Below, in pieces: positions 42,401-50,993 of a DNA stretch of 64,000 nucleotides. Positions within the stretch are counted from its first letter, which is position 1; each line of letters begins with the position of its first letter. Origin of the DNA: Anaerolineae bacterium. Lineage in GTDB: Bacteria > Chloroflexota > Anaerolineae > B4-G1 > SLSP01. Made by a program: the position numbers and the translations under genes. The DNA lies in NCBI GenBank assembly GCA_016926915.1, contig JAFGNR010000040.1:230-64229 (forward strand). Reading direction: 5' to 3'. The notes under the pieces were generated by a model. That model ran no database searches, had not been told where the DNA came from, and worked only from the letters and a program-made list of their open reading frames with translations.

Positions 42401-43344
42401 GACATGGGAACCTGCAATCCCATGCGCTGATTCAACTTATACCGTCCCACTCGCTGGAGATTGTAACGCTGGGAATCGAACAACTGTGAGATCAGGTATT
42501 CCTGGGCATTGTCCAGCGTGGGAGGGTCGCCGGGACGCATGCGACGGTAGAACTCCACCAATGCTTCCTGAGCCAGGGTCCGCCCACCTTTAGGCTCCCA
42601 ATTAGGTTCCTGGCGAATAGTGGTGGCGATCCAGGGATGATCGGGGTCGCTGTCCGCCTCGCTGAAAAGTCTCAGGATTTCCTCATCTGTGCCTTCGAAC
42701 AAGACGTCGCTGTGCTGCTCATCATCGACTGCCGCGAGGGCGCGGAGCAGAATCGTGATAGGGATGGTGCGTTTGCGATTGAAGCGCAGCGTCAAGTATC
42801 CTGACTTGCGCGTTTCGAATTCCATCCACGCACCGCGATCAGGGATTAGTTTCGCTGTAGCCAGACGCCGCCCGCCCTCCTCATCGACGCCGAAGTAGAC
42901 GCCCGGCGAGCGAATGAGCTGGCTAACGACGACACGCTCAGTTCCATTGATGATAAACGTCGCGTTTTCTGTCATCAGTGGGAGGTCTCCCAGGAAGATT
43001 TCCTGCTGGACAATCTCACTCGACTCCTGGTTGAACAGCGCGACGTCAACATAGAGCGGGATGGCGAAAGTCAAATCGCGATCCATACACTCTTGTTGGG
43101 TATACTTCGGCTCCCCAAACCGGTAGGAGAGCTCAAACTTTGCCTCGGCGGCTTTGCGACCGGGCAAATAGAGACTCAACAACCCATTATAGCTTTTGAT
43201 CGGGGATATTTCGTCAAAGAGCGCCTGAAGACCCTCTGTTTTCAACCACTCATACGACTGCAACTGAACTTCAACCAATCCAGGCAACGACAATGCACTG
43301 GAAATTCGCGCGTACGACTTGACGCCAAGATCAGCTACTGACAT
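39433..43344 (-). CDS. rpoB: DNA-directed RNA polymerase subunit beta
   Basis: 1303 aa. N-terminal [15 protein letters not shown] with conserved beta-subunit blocks throughout, including the rifampicin cluster region and C-terminal [36 protein letters not shown]. Confidence 0.98.
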   Translation of the reverse strand: MSVADLGVKSYARISSALSLPGLVEVQLQSYEWLKTEGLQALFDEISPIKSYNGLLSLYLPGRKAAEAKFELSYRFGEPKYTQQECMDRDLTFAIPLYVDVALFNQESSEIVQQEIFLGDLPLMTENATFIINGTERVVVSQLIRSPGVYFGVDEEGGRRLATAKLIPDRGAWMEFETRKSGYLTLRFNRKRTIPITILLRALAAVDDEQHSDVLFEGTDEEILRLFSEADSDPDHPWIATTIRQEPNWEPKGGRTLAQEALVEFYRRMRPGDPPTLDNAQEYLISQLFDSQRYNLQRVGRYKLNQRMGLQVPMSIRTITKEDIVALTRRMIHINNGVAGPDDMDHLGNRRVKTVGELVQAKIRVGLVRMERVVKERMSLRDESPTPVSLINIRPVVASIREFFGSSQLSQFMEQTNPLSSLTHKRTLSALGPGGLRRERAGFDVRDVHHSHYGRICPIETPEGPNIGLIGRLGTYARVNDLGFIETPYRRVIRVVNNAVDQLTGEVLRDEIQDPDTGEVVAESGVKVTPEIAEKLAALSLKDPVRIVPRVTEEIVYLSADREEPYIIAQANALLDAEGHFSLDRISARKGDQFVFTTPERVDFIDVAPIQIVGISAALIPFLEHDDANRALMGSNMQRQAVPLLLPEAPLVGTGMEEPAAANSGLVLFAKDAGVVLSVSGDKIIILQDDGALETYTLRKYTRSNQSTCVDQRPIVRKGLRVAQGQVLADSSSTEGGKLALGQNVLVAFLSWEGGNYEDAILLSERLVQDDKFTSVHIEKHELTARDTKLGPEEVTREIPNVSDDALRDLDEEGVIRIGAEVGPLDILVGKITPKGEKELTPEEKLLRAIFGEKLRDVKDTSLRMPHGAHGKVVDIKVFDRDEYRDLPAGVEKVVRVSVAQRRKITAGDKMAGRHGNKGVISKVVPVEDMPFLEDGTPVDIILNPLGVPGRMNIGQVLETHLGWAAHRLGLRTVTPVFDGANEGEIAADLARAWLIDRAWDEVMERAWSWFKAQDYDVEDLVDDEEARLIYVASWLSPLGYDVNRLRDDRVYARRSVLREWLREMNYNPDAVLIFEEGDLGAGQREAADRQVHAICLRLWLEERGQETQELSDEDVILRATEYGRKLGDPLPTLGKMVLFDGQTGHKFDQPVTVGIIYMMKLAHLVEDKVHTRSTGPYSLVTQQPLGGKAQFGGQRFGEMEVWALEAYGAAYTLQEMLTIKSDDVQGRVKAYESIVKGQLIEEPGIPASFKVLVKELQSLALSVEAVTDSGEVLRFGREERRTQVPKLGMGLLGFAPERGESS

Positions 43345-43472
43345 TCTGTTTTCTATCCTCCGGAGTCACCTGAACCGCACTCCGCTTGTCGAACCACACA
43401 GACAAGCAACAACGGAAGCGGCAAACCCCATACCCGCTTCCCCACTGTTACATACATATCGACGGCCTTTTG

Positions 43473-43500
43473 ACGAACGGGTATTATAACACAGCTGGGA
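43473..43500 (-). promoter_or_regulatory. Near-consensus sigma70 promoter (extended -10) for rpoB
   Basis: On the minus strand: TTGACG (plus 43495-43500), 16-nt spacer, TGtTATAAT (plus 43473-43481). About a 120-nt 5' UTR. The -35 element sits in an 8-bp inverted repeat, ttgacgaa/ttcgtcaa. Confidence 0.6.
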
Positions 43501-43698
43501 CATTCGTCAAAACCGAAAAAGCAAAGACCGGTTGCGTATCACAAGCACAGTCCGCCATTGACTACCACAGGCAAAGAGAACCGCAGGCAACTCGCCGAAC
43601 TGCCCACGGTTCTCCTCAGTTATCCGCGTGTGTCGCCCTCACCCATACACCCGCGCAGCGCGCGCTACATCGAGCGCGACTGATCAATAACACTCACA

Positions 43699-44289
43699 TC
43701 AAGCGTTTTTCATCACCACCGGAAGGAATGTATAGGCCACCGAAATCCGGTAGGCCACCCGCAACCCGCAGAGACGCATCGAGTTGCCCAGCTGATTGGA
43801 ACGCCAGTTGAGCACATACGAGTTGTTAAAGGTATCAACGACGTGCCCCAAGTAGGGGCTCAACGTCGCGTAACCCGCGCTGCCGCTCGAAGTGACGCTC
43901 GTGCGATCCACCAATCCTCCGGCATTGTTGTAGCTCGTAACCCAGGCGGAGCTGGTCGCACCGCTGGTATCATAGTAGAAAAGCCGCAGATAATCGACGC
44001 GGCTTCCCGGCGGCAAATCCAGGTGGATGTTGAAGATCTCACCGGTCGAACCAGCAGTCTGGAACAGACAACCGCCGATTCCATCGTTGTCCCAATCCAA
44101 ACTGCTATCACGGGGTCGCAGAGTGGTTCCCGCCACGTTCCAGTAGTAGAAATTGGACCAACCGGAAGCCATGGTTTCCGCAGCAATCGCCTCGCGACCC
44201 AAGACGGCGCCCGGCCCGGCCGTCATGAGGAGCACCAGCATCACGCACCCGCCCAACAGCCACTGTCTGAGTTTTCTAGACCTTGTCAT
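43699..44289 (-). CDS. Secreted protein of unknown function, paralog A (signal peptide plus a roughly 150-aa Trp/Tyr-rich domain, two Cys)
   Basis: N-terminal MTRSRKLRQWLLGGCVMLVLLMTAGPGAVLG looks like a signal peptide. Conserved blocks shared with the neighbouring gene: WSNFYY.NV.GT.LRPRDS, WDNDG.GGCL.QT.GST.EIFNIHL, PPGSR.DYLRL.YYDTS, AWVT.Y.N.GG, LSPYLGHVVD, YVLNWRSNQ.GNSMRLCGLRVAYR. RBS AAAGGAG. Confidence 0.6.
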   Translation of the reverse strand: MTRSRKLRQWLLGGCVMLVLLMTAGPGAVLGREAIAAETMASGWSNFYYWNVAGTTLRPRDSSLDWDNDGIGGCLFQTAGSTGEIFNIHLDLPPGSRVDYLRLFYYDTSGATSSAWVTSYNNAGGLVDRTSVTSSGSAGYATLSPYLGHVVDTFNNSYVLNWRSNQLGNSMRLCGLRVAYRISVAYTFLPVVMKNA

Positions 44290-44343
44290 GGTACATCTCC
44301 TTTTGATTCAGGTTTTGCAACCAGAGCTGCGTGCAGGCTCACG

Positions 44344-45153
44344 TCAATTAGGTAAGCGATAGGCGACCCGCAATCCACAGAGTCGCATCGAGTTACCGGT
44401 TTGATTGGAACGCCAGTTGAGCACGTACGAATCGCTCGCGTAATCAACCACATGGCCCAGATAGGGACTCAGCATCGTCCCATAGCCGCCGGAGCCGCTT
44501 GAGGAAACATTGATCAGATCATCCACACCGCCCTCGTTATCGTAGGTAGTGACCCAGGCAATACTGCTGTTACTACTGGTGTCATAGTAATAGAGACGCA
44601 GGTAATCGATACGGCTTCCCGGTGGAATGTGCAGGTGGATATTGAAGATCTCAAGGGTCGATCCTCCGGTCTGGTACAAGCACCCACCGGTCCCATCGTT
44701 GTCCCAGGTCACCGTGCTATCGCGAGGACGCAATGCCGTTCCGGTTACATTCAGGTAATAGAAGTTGGACCAAGCGTGGATGCTAACATCATCTGCCGCC
44801 ACGCCCGCATCTTCATCAGGCTGGGGCTCCGTGAAAAAGGCTTCCCAATCCACGGGCGCGGCTGCTCCCCCCTCGCCGCTGGCTTCTCCCCCCTCAATCT
44901 GTGCTTCAACTACGGGACCGGCATACCCATCCTCATCCGGCATGGCGCCGGCGACGGGCATCTCCGAGAGGCCGGCTGGCTGAGGCTCCCTGTACAGCGT
45001 CGCACTTGATACTTCCGGCGCAGGTGGTTCTGCCACCACAAATGCGGCGCCGCCCAACGCTGCAATCCCCACCATCGTCATCAGAATCATGAGAAGTCGT
45101 TTGTGTTTCATCGTGTCCTCCTGTTTGCTTGACTGACTGGATTGGTACATCAC
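44344..45153 (-). CDS. Secreted protein of unknown function, paralog B (signal peptide, about 90-aa acidic Ala/Pro/Glu-rich linker, then the same domain)
   Basis: Signal/TM LLMILMTMVGIAALGGAAFVVA, a low-complexity acidic linker, then the domain colinear with paralog A and near-identical in all conserved blocks. RBS AGGAGG; promoter at 45261-45288. Confidence 0.6.
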   Translation of the reverse strand: MMYQSSQSSKQEDTMKHKRLLMILMTMVGIAALGGAAFVVAEPPAPEVSSATLYREPQPAGLSEMPVAGAMPDEDGYAGPVVEAQIEGGEASGEGGAAAPVDWEAFFTEPQPDEDAGVAADDVSIHAWSNFYYLNVTGTALRPRDSTVTWDNDGTGGCLYQTGGSTLEIFNIHLHIPPGSRIDYLRLYYYDTSSNSSIAWVTTYDNEGGVDDLINVSSSGSGGYGTMLSPYLGHVVDYASDSYVLNWRSNQTGNSMRLCGLRVAYRLPN

Positions 45154-45260
45154 AAAACGTCTTTTTCAGCTGCGTTTTTGGCGGTTCACACGCCTACATC
45201 TCGCAACGTAAGACCCCGGGGTGAAGCCCTTACTTGTCTAGGCCTCGGAATTATATGATC

Positions 45261-45288
45261 ATTGTATCAAAAATTAGGGGTAAGTCAA
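45261..45288 (-). promoter_or_regulatory. sigma70 promoter for the secreted-paralog pair, with a roughly 100-nt 5' UTR
   Basis: On the minus strand: TTGACT (plus 45283-45288), 16-nt spacer, TACAAT (plus 45261-45266). The leader contains the inverted repeat aaaacg/cgtttt. Confidence 0.5.
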
Positions 45289-45422
45289 TAGGTCTCTCGC
45301 GTCACCGGACACGATTTTTGCTGTAGAAACGTTAAATGTAGATCAAGGTTGTGTTAAGATCAGCAATCATCATCGATTGCGAAATCACAGGGCAGTTGCG
45401 CGTTACAATGCTCCCGTGTAGT

Positions 45423-46067
45423 TCAAACTTTGACCGGCTGTACAGCGTAGACGCCGCGATAGGCGGGGGGCAGCAGGGCAGCGATCCGGCGCATCGTCAG
45501 CTCGGTTCCCGCGGCCAACTCCTGAGGCGTCAGCTTTCCCTCCCTGGGAAGGCGAAACGGCGCACCGAAGACAACACGAATTCTGGGACGGCGCAGGCGC
45601 AAATAATCAGGCAACATCCGCTCAGCGCCGGTAATCGCCACGGGAACAATCGGCGCGCCCACCCGGGCAGCGAGGAACGCCACTCCTGGCTTGCCTGGCT
45701 GCAAGGACGCCTGCGGCGACCGGGTACCTTCTGGGGCAATCCCTAGCACGCCGCCGGATTTCAACACATCCAGAGATTTCAACAGGGCTTCCCGGTCAAA
45801 ATCGGTGCGCCGCACCCAGATTGCCCCGACCTGGGTCAAAAACCAGCGAAAGAAGGGGCTTGACCGGTATTTAATCGCGACCAGGGCCGTGACCGGGCGG
45901 GGACAGGCCACGCCCAGCAGCGGCGTGTCCAGACGGCTGATATGATTGGTGGCTAGGATGAAGCCCCCGGCTTCGGGAACGTGTTCCAAACCCACGATCT
46001 CGACGCGCGTCAGGACCCCAAACAGGACTTTTAGAACGGCCCGCACTCGGAAATACCGCTGATCCAT
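45423..46067 (-). CDS. plsC: 1-acyl-sn-glycerol-3-phosphate acyltransferase (LPLAT family)
   Basis: HX4D motif NHISRLD, plus downstream PEGTRS and the FP..P-like blocks. Confidence 0.75.
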   Translation of the reverse strand: MDQRYFRVRAVLKVLFGVLTRVEIVGLEHVPEAGGFILATNHISRLDTPLLGVACPRPVTALVAIKYRSSPFFRWFLTQVGAIWVRRTDFDREALLKSLDVLKSGGVLGIAPEGTRSPQASLQPGKPGVAFLAARVGAPIVPVAITGAERMLPDYLRLRRPRIRVVFGAPFRLPREGKLTPQELAAGTELTMRRIAALLPPAYRGVYAVQPVKV

Positions 46068-46075
46068 TATGACGC

Positions 46076-47122
46076 CTACCCTATCCGCGTGCCCCAGACA
46101 AGCACCTGGAATGAGCCCGGTTCTTCTATGCCTTGCGGTGTGATCAGGAGCGAGAAACCGAGGCTCTCCCCCGCCGCGACCTGGCGCCCATTTTCCAAAA
46201 CCGCCTGCCGATACCCAATCACGCGTTCCGCCTGGTCATAGAGCGTGATGACAACCGTCACACGTTCGACTGCGACGCCCGCATCATTCATCACCGACCC
46301 AGCAACGCGATATTGCGGTCCCGACACGCTGCCCTCAACAGCAGAAACAGCGAGAGGGGTAAAGCCCGCCGTGATGGCACTGAGAGTTTCCCCACGCAAC
46401 AGAGCCACACGAACATCTGCAATGCCGGGCGGAGGATCTGAAAACAGAATGGAAAAGGGCGCCGCCTTGCCCGCCGGCAGATAATCGACGGGCGCCAGGG
46501 CCGTATTGGTGACAATCGGATTCCCTGCTGCATCGACCAGCGCCGCCTGAATCTGCAGATTTGTCACAGGTTCCGCCAGCGTGTTGCGCACCTCGCCCAT
46601 GCAACGCAATCCTCCGACGGCCGTGGTTGCCAGGGAGACGCCAACGATTTCCAGCGGTTGGGGTGTGGGCGTCGGGAGAATCAAATTGCCGACCGGCTCG
46701 ATGATTTCCATCTCGGCCTGGGGATCCGGAACTTCCAGAGGAATGATCAAAGCTTGACCGATCCGGAGATAGTCATCGACCGCAATACTGTTGGCATACG
46801 TGAGCGCCTCAACCGTAATCCCATACTGGATGGCAATACCGAACAGCGTATCACCCTCCACCACGTAATGGAAGACAGGGGTCGGAGAAGGAGAAGGGGT
46901 AAACGTGGGTGTGGGGGGCATGGGGGTGACGAAAGCCGAAGCCGGCAACGTGGGCGTCGTATTTGAAGGTAACGCACCTGCCGGCGTAGCCGCCGGGCCC
47001 AACGTCGGAGTAGGCAAGGGCACAGGCGTGATGACCCGTCCACAGCCCACAAGGAGCAACAGGCCGAGCGCGACCGGCGCCCAGCCTCCAAGATGCTTAC
47101 CGATGTTATGTACGCCTATCAC
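46076..47122 (-). CDS. Secreted LysM-domain protein with an N-terminal Pro/Thr-rich region
   Basis: Signal/TM GGWAPVALGLLLLVGC, a PT-rich linker, LysM (YVVEGDTLFGIAIQYGITVEALTYAN ... GQALIIP), and an uncharacterised C-terminal domain. Confidence 0.6.
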   Translation of the reverse strand: MIGVHNIGKHLGGWAPVALGLLLLVGCGRVITPVPLPTPTLGPAATPAGALPSNTTPTLPASAFVTPMPPTPTFTPSPSPTPVFHYVVEGDTLFGIAIQYGITVEALTYANSIAVDDYLRIGQALIIPLEVPDPQAEMEIIEPVGNLILPTPTPQPLEIVGVSLATTAVGGLRCMGEVRNTLAEPVTNLQIQAALVDAAGNPIVTNTALAPVDYLPAGKAAPFSILFSDPPPGIADVRVALLRGETLSAITAGFTPLAVSAVEGSVSGPQYRVAGSVMNDAGVAVERVTVVITLYDQAERVIGYRQAVLENGRQVAAGESLGFSLLITPQGIEEPGSFQVLVWGTRIG

Positions 47123-47182
47123 AAGATGGGATTATAGCATAGTTGCGAAGTTGCGGAACAAGCCGATCCACACAAACCACAT

Positions 47183-48367
47183 CTACAACAGAAACCGCAA
47201 CAGCACACGCGGATGCAGGAGCAGGCGCGGGGACTGATACCCCAAGATCACGCGCCCGAACAACAACGCGAGGTTCGCGTCACGTTGCAGGCGCGTGTAG
47301 ACGTGGTTCAGGAGTTGGGGAGCAAAGAGGGCGCGTTGCAGGAAGCGCGCCGCGCGCCAATCGGCAGCATACCGGCGCCTCAATTCTCTTGAATAGGCAG
47401 TCAATGCTGGGGATGGAAACGCGCCGTTCTCCAGCGCGGTCAGAATGTGCCGGGCCGCCAGCTCACCGCTTTGCATGGCAGCGGCAACCCCCTCTCCCGA
47501 AAGCGGGCTGACCAAACCCGCAGCATCCCCGGCCACAAGCACTCGCGAGGCATGCGTGCGCCCCTTCCCAAAGGTGGAGCGGATCGGATGTCCCCGCGCA
47601 TCGCTCTCCGGCACAGCACGCGCAAGGCGCCGCCCGTTCGCCGTCTGAGATTCCAGGAACCGCTGCATCGCTTTCCGCAGGTCCACGGCGTGACGTTGCA
47701 CCCGCCAGGCAAAGGTGCCGGTTCCCACATTGGCCCGTCCCGAGGCCACCGGGAAAATCCAACTGTATCCCGGCAGAATGTCGAGGTTGAAATGGATCTC
47801 CATCTCCTCTGGAGATGCCGCGTCCCCCCGCACGTACTGGCGCGCGGCAATCAAGTCGGGCGGGGAAGTCACGAGTCCCAGACTGCGCGTCACCGGAGCG
47901 TGACTGCCATCTGCCAGAAGTAACAGAGAGGCAGTAACCGTGGTAGACCTGGCCCGCACCACGACGCCATTGCGCTCAGCTATCTCCACAGCCTGCACCC
48001 GTGTGCCTTCCAAGAGCCGCGCTCCGGCGTGAACCGCGGCCTGCGCCAGGGCCGCATCCAATTCCAGGCGCGGGATCACGCGACCGTAGCACGTGATGTC
48101 CCCTTTCGGCGCCCGCCCTTCCAGAACCTGCCCGTTGGGGAAAACCAAGCGCAGCACAGTAGGCGCACGGAATTGTTGAGACCAGTCGGCAAGTCCCATG
48201 CGCGCCAGAATCTCCAGGGCGCGCGCCGAAATGCCATCCCCACAGACTTTGTCTCTCGGAAACGTAGCGCGCTCCAACAAGGCTACCTGCGCCCCCGAGG
48301 CCGCTAGCCGATAGGCAGCAACCGAGCCAGCGGGGCCGGCGCCTACAACAACCACATCAACGTGCAT
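47183..48367 (-). CDS. FAD-dependent oxidoreductase, geranylgeranyl reductase family
   Basis: N-terminal Rossmann VDVVVVGAGPAGSVAAYRLAASGAQVALLER ... RDKVCGDGI, typical of GGR/FixC-like reductases. Confidence 0.6.
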   Translation of the reverse strand: MHVDVVVVGAGPAGSVAAYRLAASGAQVALLERATFPRDKVCGDGISARALEILARMGLADWSQQFRAPTVLRLVFPNGQVLEGRAPKGDITCYGRVIPRLELDAALAQAAVHAGARLLEGTRVQAVEIAERNGVVVRARSTTVTASLLLLADGSHAPVTRSLGLVTSPPDLIAARQYVRGDAASPEEMEIHFNLDILPGYSWIFPVASGRANVGTGTFAWRVQRHAVDLRKAMQRFLESQTANGRRLARAVPESDARGHPIRSTFGKGRTHASRVLVAGDAAGLVSPLSGEGVAAAMQSGELAARHILTALENGAFPSPALTAYSRELRRRYAADWRAARFLQRALFAPQLLNHVYTRLQRDANLALLFGRVILGYQSPRLLLHPRVLLRFLL

Positions 48368-48406
48368 CAGAAAACCTCACGACGTATCCCGCCTGTTGTG
48401 GACGCC

Positions 48407-49435
48407 TCAACTCAGCTCAAGCGGCTCGGCCTCGGCGATCCGCTCGGCTTGCTTGAGGGACTCTTCTGTCCTGGAAACGGCGGCTGGCTTACGTTTTTCC
48501 AGAATGTGAACGCCCAGCAGGATTGCCCAGGGGACGCCAAGGGTCAGCAGGAGATAAGGCGCGGCGGGCAGCCAGGGCCGGTCCGAAAAACGATCCAGGT
48601 TGAAAAGAATCAGGATCACCGCGGTCCACACTGTCAAGAAATTCGGCAGCGGGTCGCCGGCGTGAATCCAACCCAGACCCGGGATTCTCCGGCGGGTGAA
48701 AGGCCAAAAGAGGTTACTGCCCATGTGCCCCAGCTGATCTTCCAGGATATGAGCAGCATACCCTAACCCGGAGACGATGCCGGCCCACAGTCCCGTGCGC
48801 CAACCGCTCAGGCCAGCCACAAGCGCCCCGCTCAATAAGCCCATCCACAGGGCTAACACCAGGCTATGGGTCCAGCGGTGGTGCCAATCGAGAAAATCGA
48901 TGACCAGTTCGTCCCCGATCCGGGTGAACCGAAACGACGGCCCATTGAAAACATTGATGCGGTACGCTTCACTGTAGGTATGCACCAGGGGAACGCCCGC
49001 CTGGCGACGCGCCTCCCGCCCCCCGGGGGGCCAGGTGCCGGCGAAAGGCGCCTGACCGGTGTTGACCAGCGGGCCGACAGCCACGGCAATCTCTCCGGCC
49101 TCAGGAACGAAGCGCACGACGTATTCACGCCAGAGATCCGCGCCCAGTCGAACGGTATGCAGGACCACATTCTGCGAGACGCCGGTTTCGTAGGCTTTGC
49201 GCATGGCGTCCACCAAAGCCTCCACCATCGCCTCCGGGTCCGGATCGATGCCGGGATCGATCTCCAGATCGAAGCGCTCCCAATACCGCGCAAACTTGAA
49301 ATCCAGCGTGTCGGGGAGGAGTCCCCCCACGCCCCCCAACACCGGCAGCAAGGACCCCAGCGCCCCCGAGCGAACCACTGCGGGGAAGAATGTGGCGACC
49401 GCCACACCGGTGATGAAATGCGCAATCCCTTTCAT
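48407..49435 (-). CDS. Membrane protein, possibly a metal-dependent hydrolase of the DUF457/YdjM type
   Basis: N-terminal MKGIAHFITGVAVATFF and C-terminal HHRWTHSLVLALWMGLL ... AAHILEDQLGHMGSNLFWPF membrane segments flank a central soluble region. The assignment is tentative. Confidence 0.35.
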   Translation of the reverse strand: MKGIAHFITGVAVATFFPAVVRSGALGSLLPVLGGVGGLLPDTLDFKFARYWERFDLEIDPGIDPDPEAMVEALVDAMRKAYETGVSQNVVLHTVRLGADLWREYVVRFVPEAGEIAVAVGPLVNTGQAPFAGTWPPGGREARRQAGVPLVHTYSEAYRINVFNGPSFRFTRIGDELVIDFLDWHHRWTHSLVLALWMGLLSGALVAGLSGWRTGLWAGIVSGLGYAAHILEDQLGHMGSNLFWPFTRRRIPGLGWIHAGDPLPNFLTVWTAVILILFNLDRFSDRPWLPAAPYLLLTLGVPWAILLGVHILEKRKPAAVSRTEESLKQAERIAEAEPLELS

Positions 49436-49456
49436 CGCTATTCGGAACGCACCTGC

Positions 49457-50860
49457 TCAGAAAGCGAGGCCGGGAGCCTGCTTCCGTAGATGAATCGGAT
49501 ACCGGCTTCGCAGCCGCCCGCCGCTCCGTTTACCCCAACCCAGAGGGAATCCATCCACGGTTACCAGAACGAATCCCGGCGGTCCGGCATCCTGCCAGAA
49601 CCCACCCCGCACAAACTGGATCAGACGGCGGTCCTCCGGCTCCAAATCGACGCGCGCCTGCACCTGCTCCGGAGCAAGCGCCATCGCTAGAGCGTGATCG
49701 GGATTCACTTTCCCGTGACGTTGTGAAGCAACCCACCAACCGGGACGTAAGATACGCAACCCTTCCAGCAGCTTGGGATCGACCGGACAGATGTAGAGTT
49801 GATCATCCTTGTTGAGGAAAAGACCTTCCTCCGGCGGCGCGCCTACCAACACGGTTCCGAGCGTCTCGCGGTACAGGTTCAACACGCGTCCCGGCGTTGC
49901 CGTACCGGCCCACAGACCGGGTAAATCCGTGGCCTCCCCGCGCCGTCGCAGAAGTGCATAGAAGTGGCCATGCCCCGGACCGGTGTGCGGCCAAAAACGT
50001 CCTGTACGGCGTAGGAGAGCCGGAGCTCCCACCCATTCCGGATGCCCAGGATGAAGCCCGGCGATGTCAGGCAAGGGGGAGAGTTCGAAATCAGGGTGCT
50101 GTTCCAGGAATCCGGCGATGACGCCTTCGTTTTCTTCCGGCGCAAACGTGCAGGTGCCGTAGAGCAGTCTCCCACCCAGACGCACCAGGGGTGCAGTCTG
50201 GTACAAGATATTGGATTGCCGTCTGGCATTGCCGGCGATAGTCGCCAGGCTCCAATCGCGAATGGCCTGGGAATCCCGCGAGAACGTTCCCTCGCCGGAG
50301 CAGGGAGCGTCGACCAGCACGGCATCGAACAGGCCGGGCCAACGCCCGGCCAGCCGCTCGGGCATCTCATTGGTGACCACAGCATTGGCGACCCCCATGC
50401 GCTCCAGGTTCATCGCCAGAATAGGAACGCGGTGCCGCATGATCTCATTGGCGACTAACACCCCCTGCCCCTGCATGCGTGCGCCAATGTGAGTGGCCTT
50501 GCTACCCGGAGCAGCGGCCAGATCAAGGATCCACTCGCCCGGACGGGGATCCAACAACACGGCGGCCGCCATGGCGCTAGGATCCTGCATATAATAGACG
50601 CCCGCCAGGTGGTAGGGATGCCCTCCGGCCGGCGCCTCCTCTTGTAGCCACAACCCTTCCGGACACCAGGGAACCGGCGCCGTCTGCCAGGGAATGCGCG
50701 ATGCGAGGGCATCCAACGCCCCCCGTCTGGAATTGAGTCTCAGCCCAATATCACGTTTCGCCAGAGCCGTGAAAAACTCAGGAGCTTGCGGCCCTAACCA
50801 TTCCGACATCCGTGAGATAAAACCAACCGGCCAGTGAGAGGTATGCGTATCCATACGCAA
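49457..50860 (-). CDS. rRNA cytosine-C5 methyltransferase, NOL1/NOP2/Sun (RsmB/RsmF) family
   Basis: SAM motif LDLAAAPGSKATHI and catalytic DAVLVDAPCSGEGTFSRD, with a C-terminal PUA-like extension. The true start may be an internal Met at about 50806. Confidence 0.8.
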   Translation of the reverse strand: MRMDTHTSHWPVGFISRMSEWLGPQAPEFFTALAKRDIGLRLNSRRGALDALASRIPWQTAPVPWCPEGLWLQEEAPAGGHPYHLAGVYYMQDPSAMAAAVLLDPRPGEWILDLAAAPGSKATHIGARMQGQGVLVANEIMRHRVPILAMNLERMGVANAVVTNEMPERLAGRWPGLFDAVLVDAPCSGEGTFSRDSQAIRDWSLATIAGNARRQSNILYQTAPLVRLGGRLLYGTCTFAPEENEGVIAGFLEQHPDFELSPLPDIAGLHPGHPEWVGAPALLRRTGRFWPHTGPGHGHFYALLRRRGEATDLPGLWAGTATPGRVLNLYRETLGTVLVGAPPEEGLFLNKDDQLYICPVDPKLLEGLRILRPGWWVASQRHGKVNPDHALAMALAPEQVQARVDLEPEDRRLIQFVRGGFWQDAGPPGFVLVTVDGFPLGWGKRSGGRLRSRYPIHLRKQAPGLAF

Positions 50861-50914
50861 AGTTTAGCACGGTGCGGGAAAAATGAGAAAGCGCACGGCG
50901 AGGCCAGCGATACG

Positions 50915-50966
50915 CAAAAATCGCAAAACGACACGTGCTGCGTTTCCCCATGCGCAGCACGTGTTC
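50915..50966 (-). terminator. Rho-independent terminator after the ABC transporter operon
   Basis: Minus-strand 12-bp stem acacgtgctgcg/cgcagcacgtgt (plus 50931-50942 and 50953-50964) followed by a U-rich tract. Confidence 0.7.
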
Positions 50967-50993
50967 GAAGACCAAAACCGGGCAGAACCCGAA

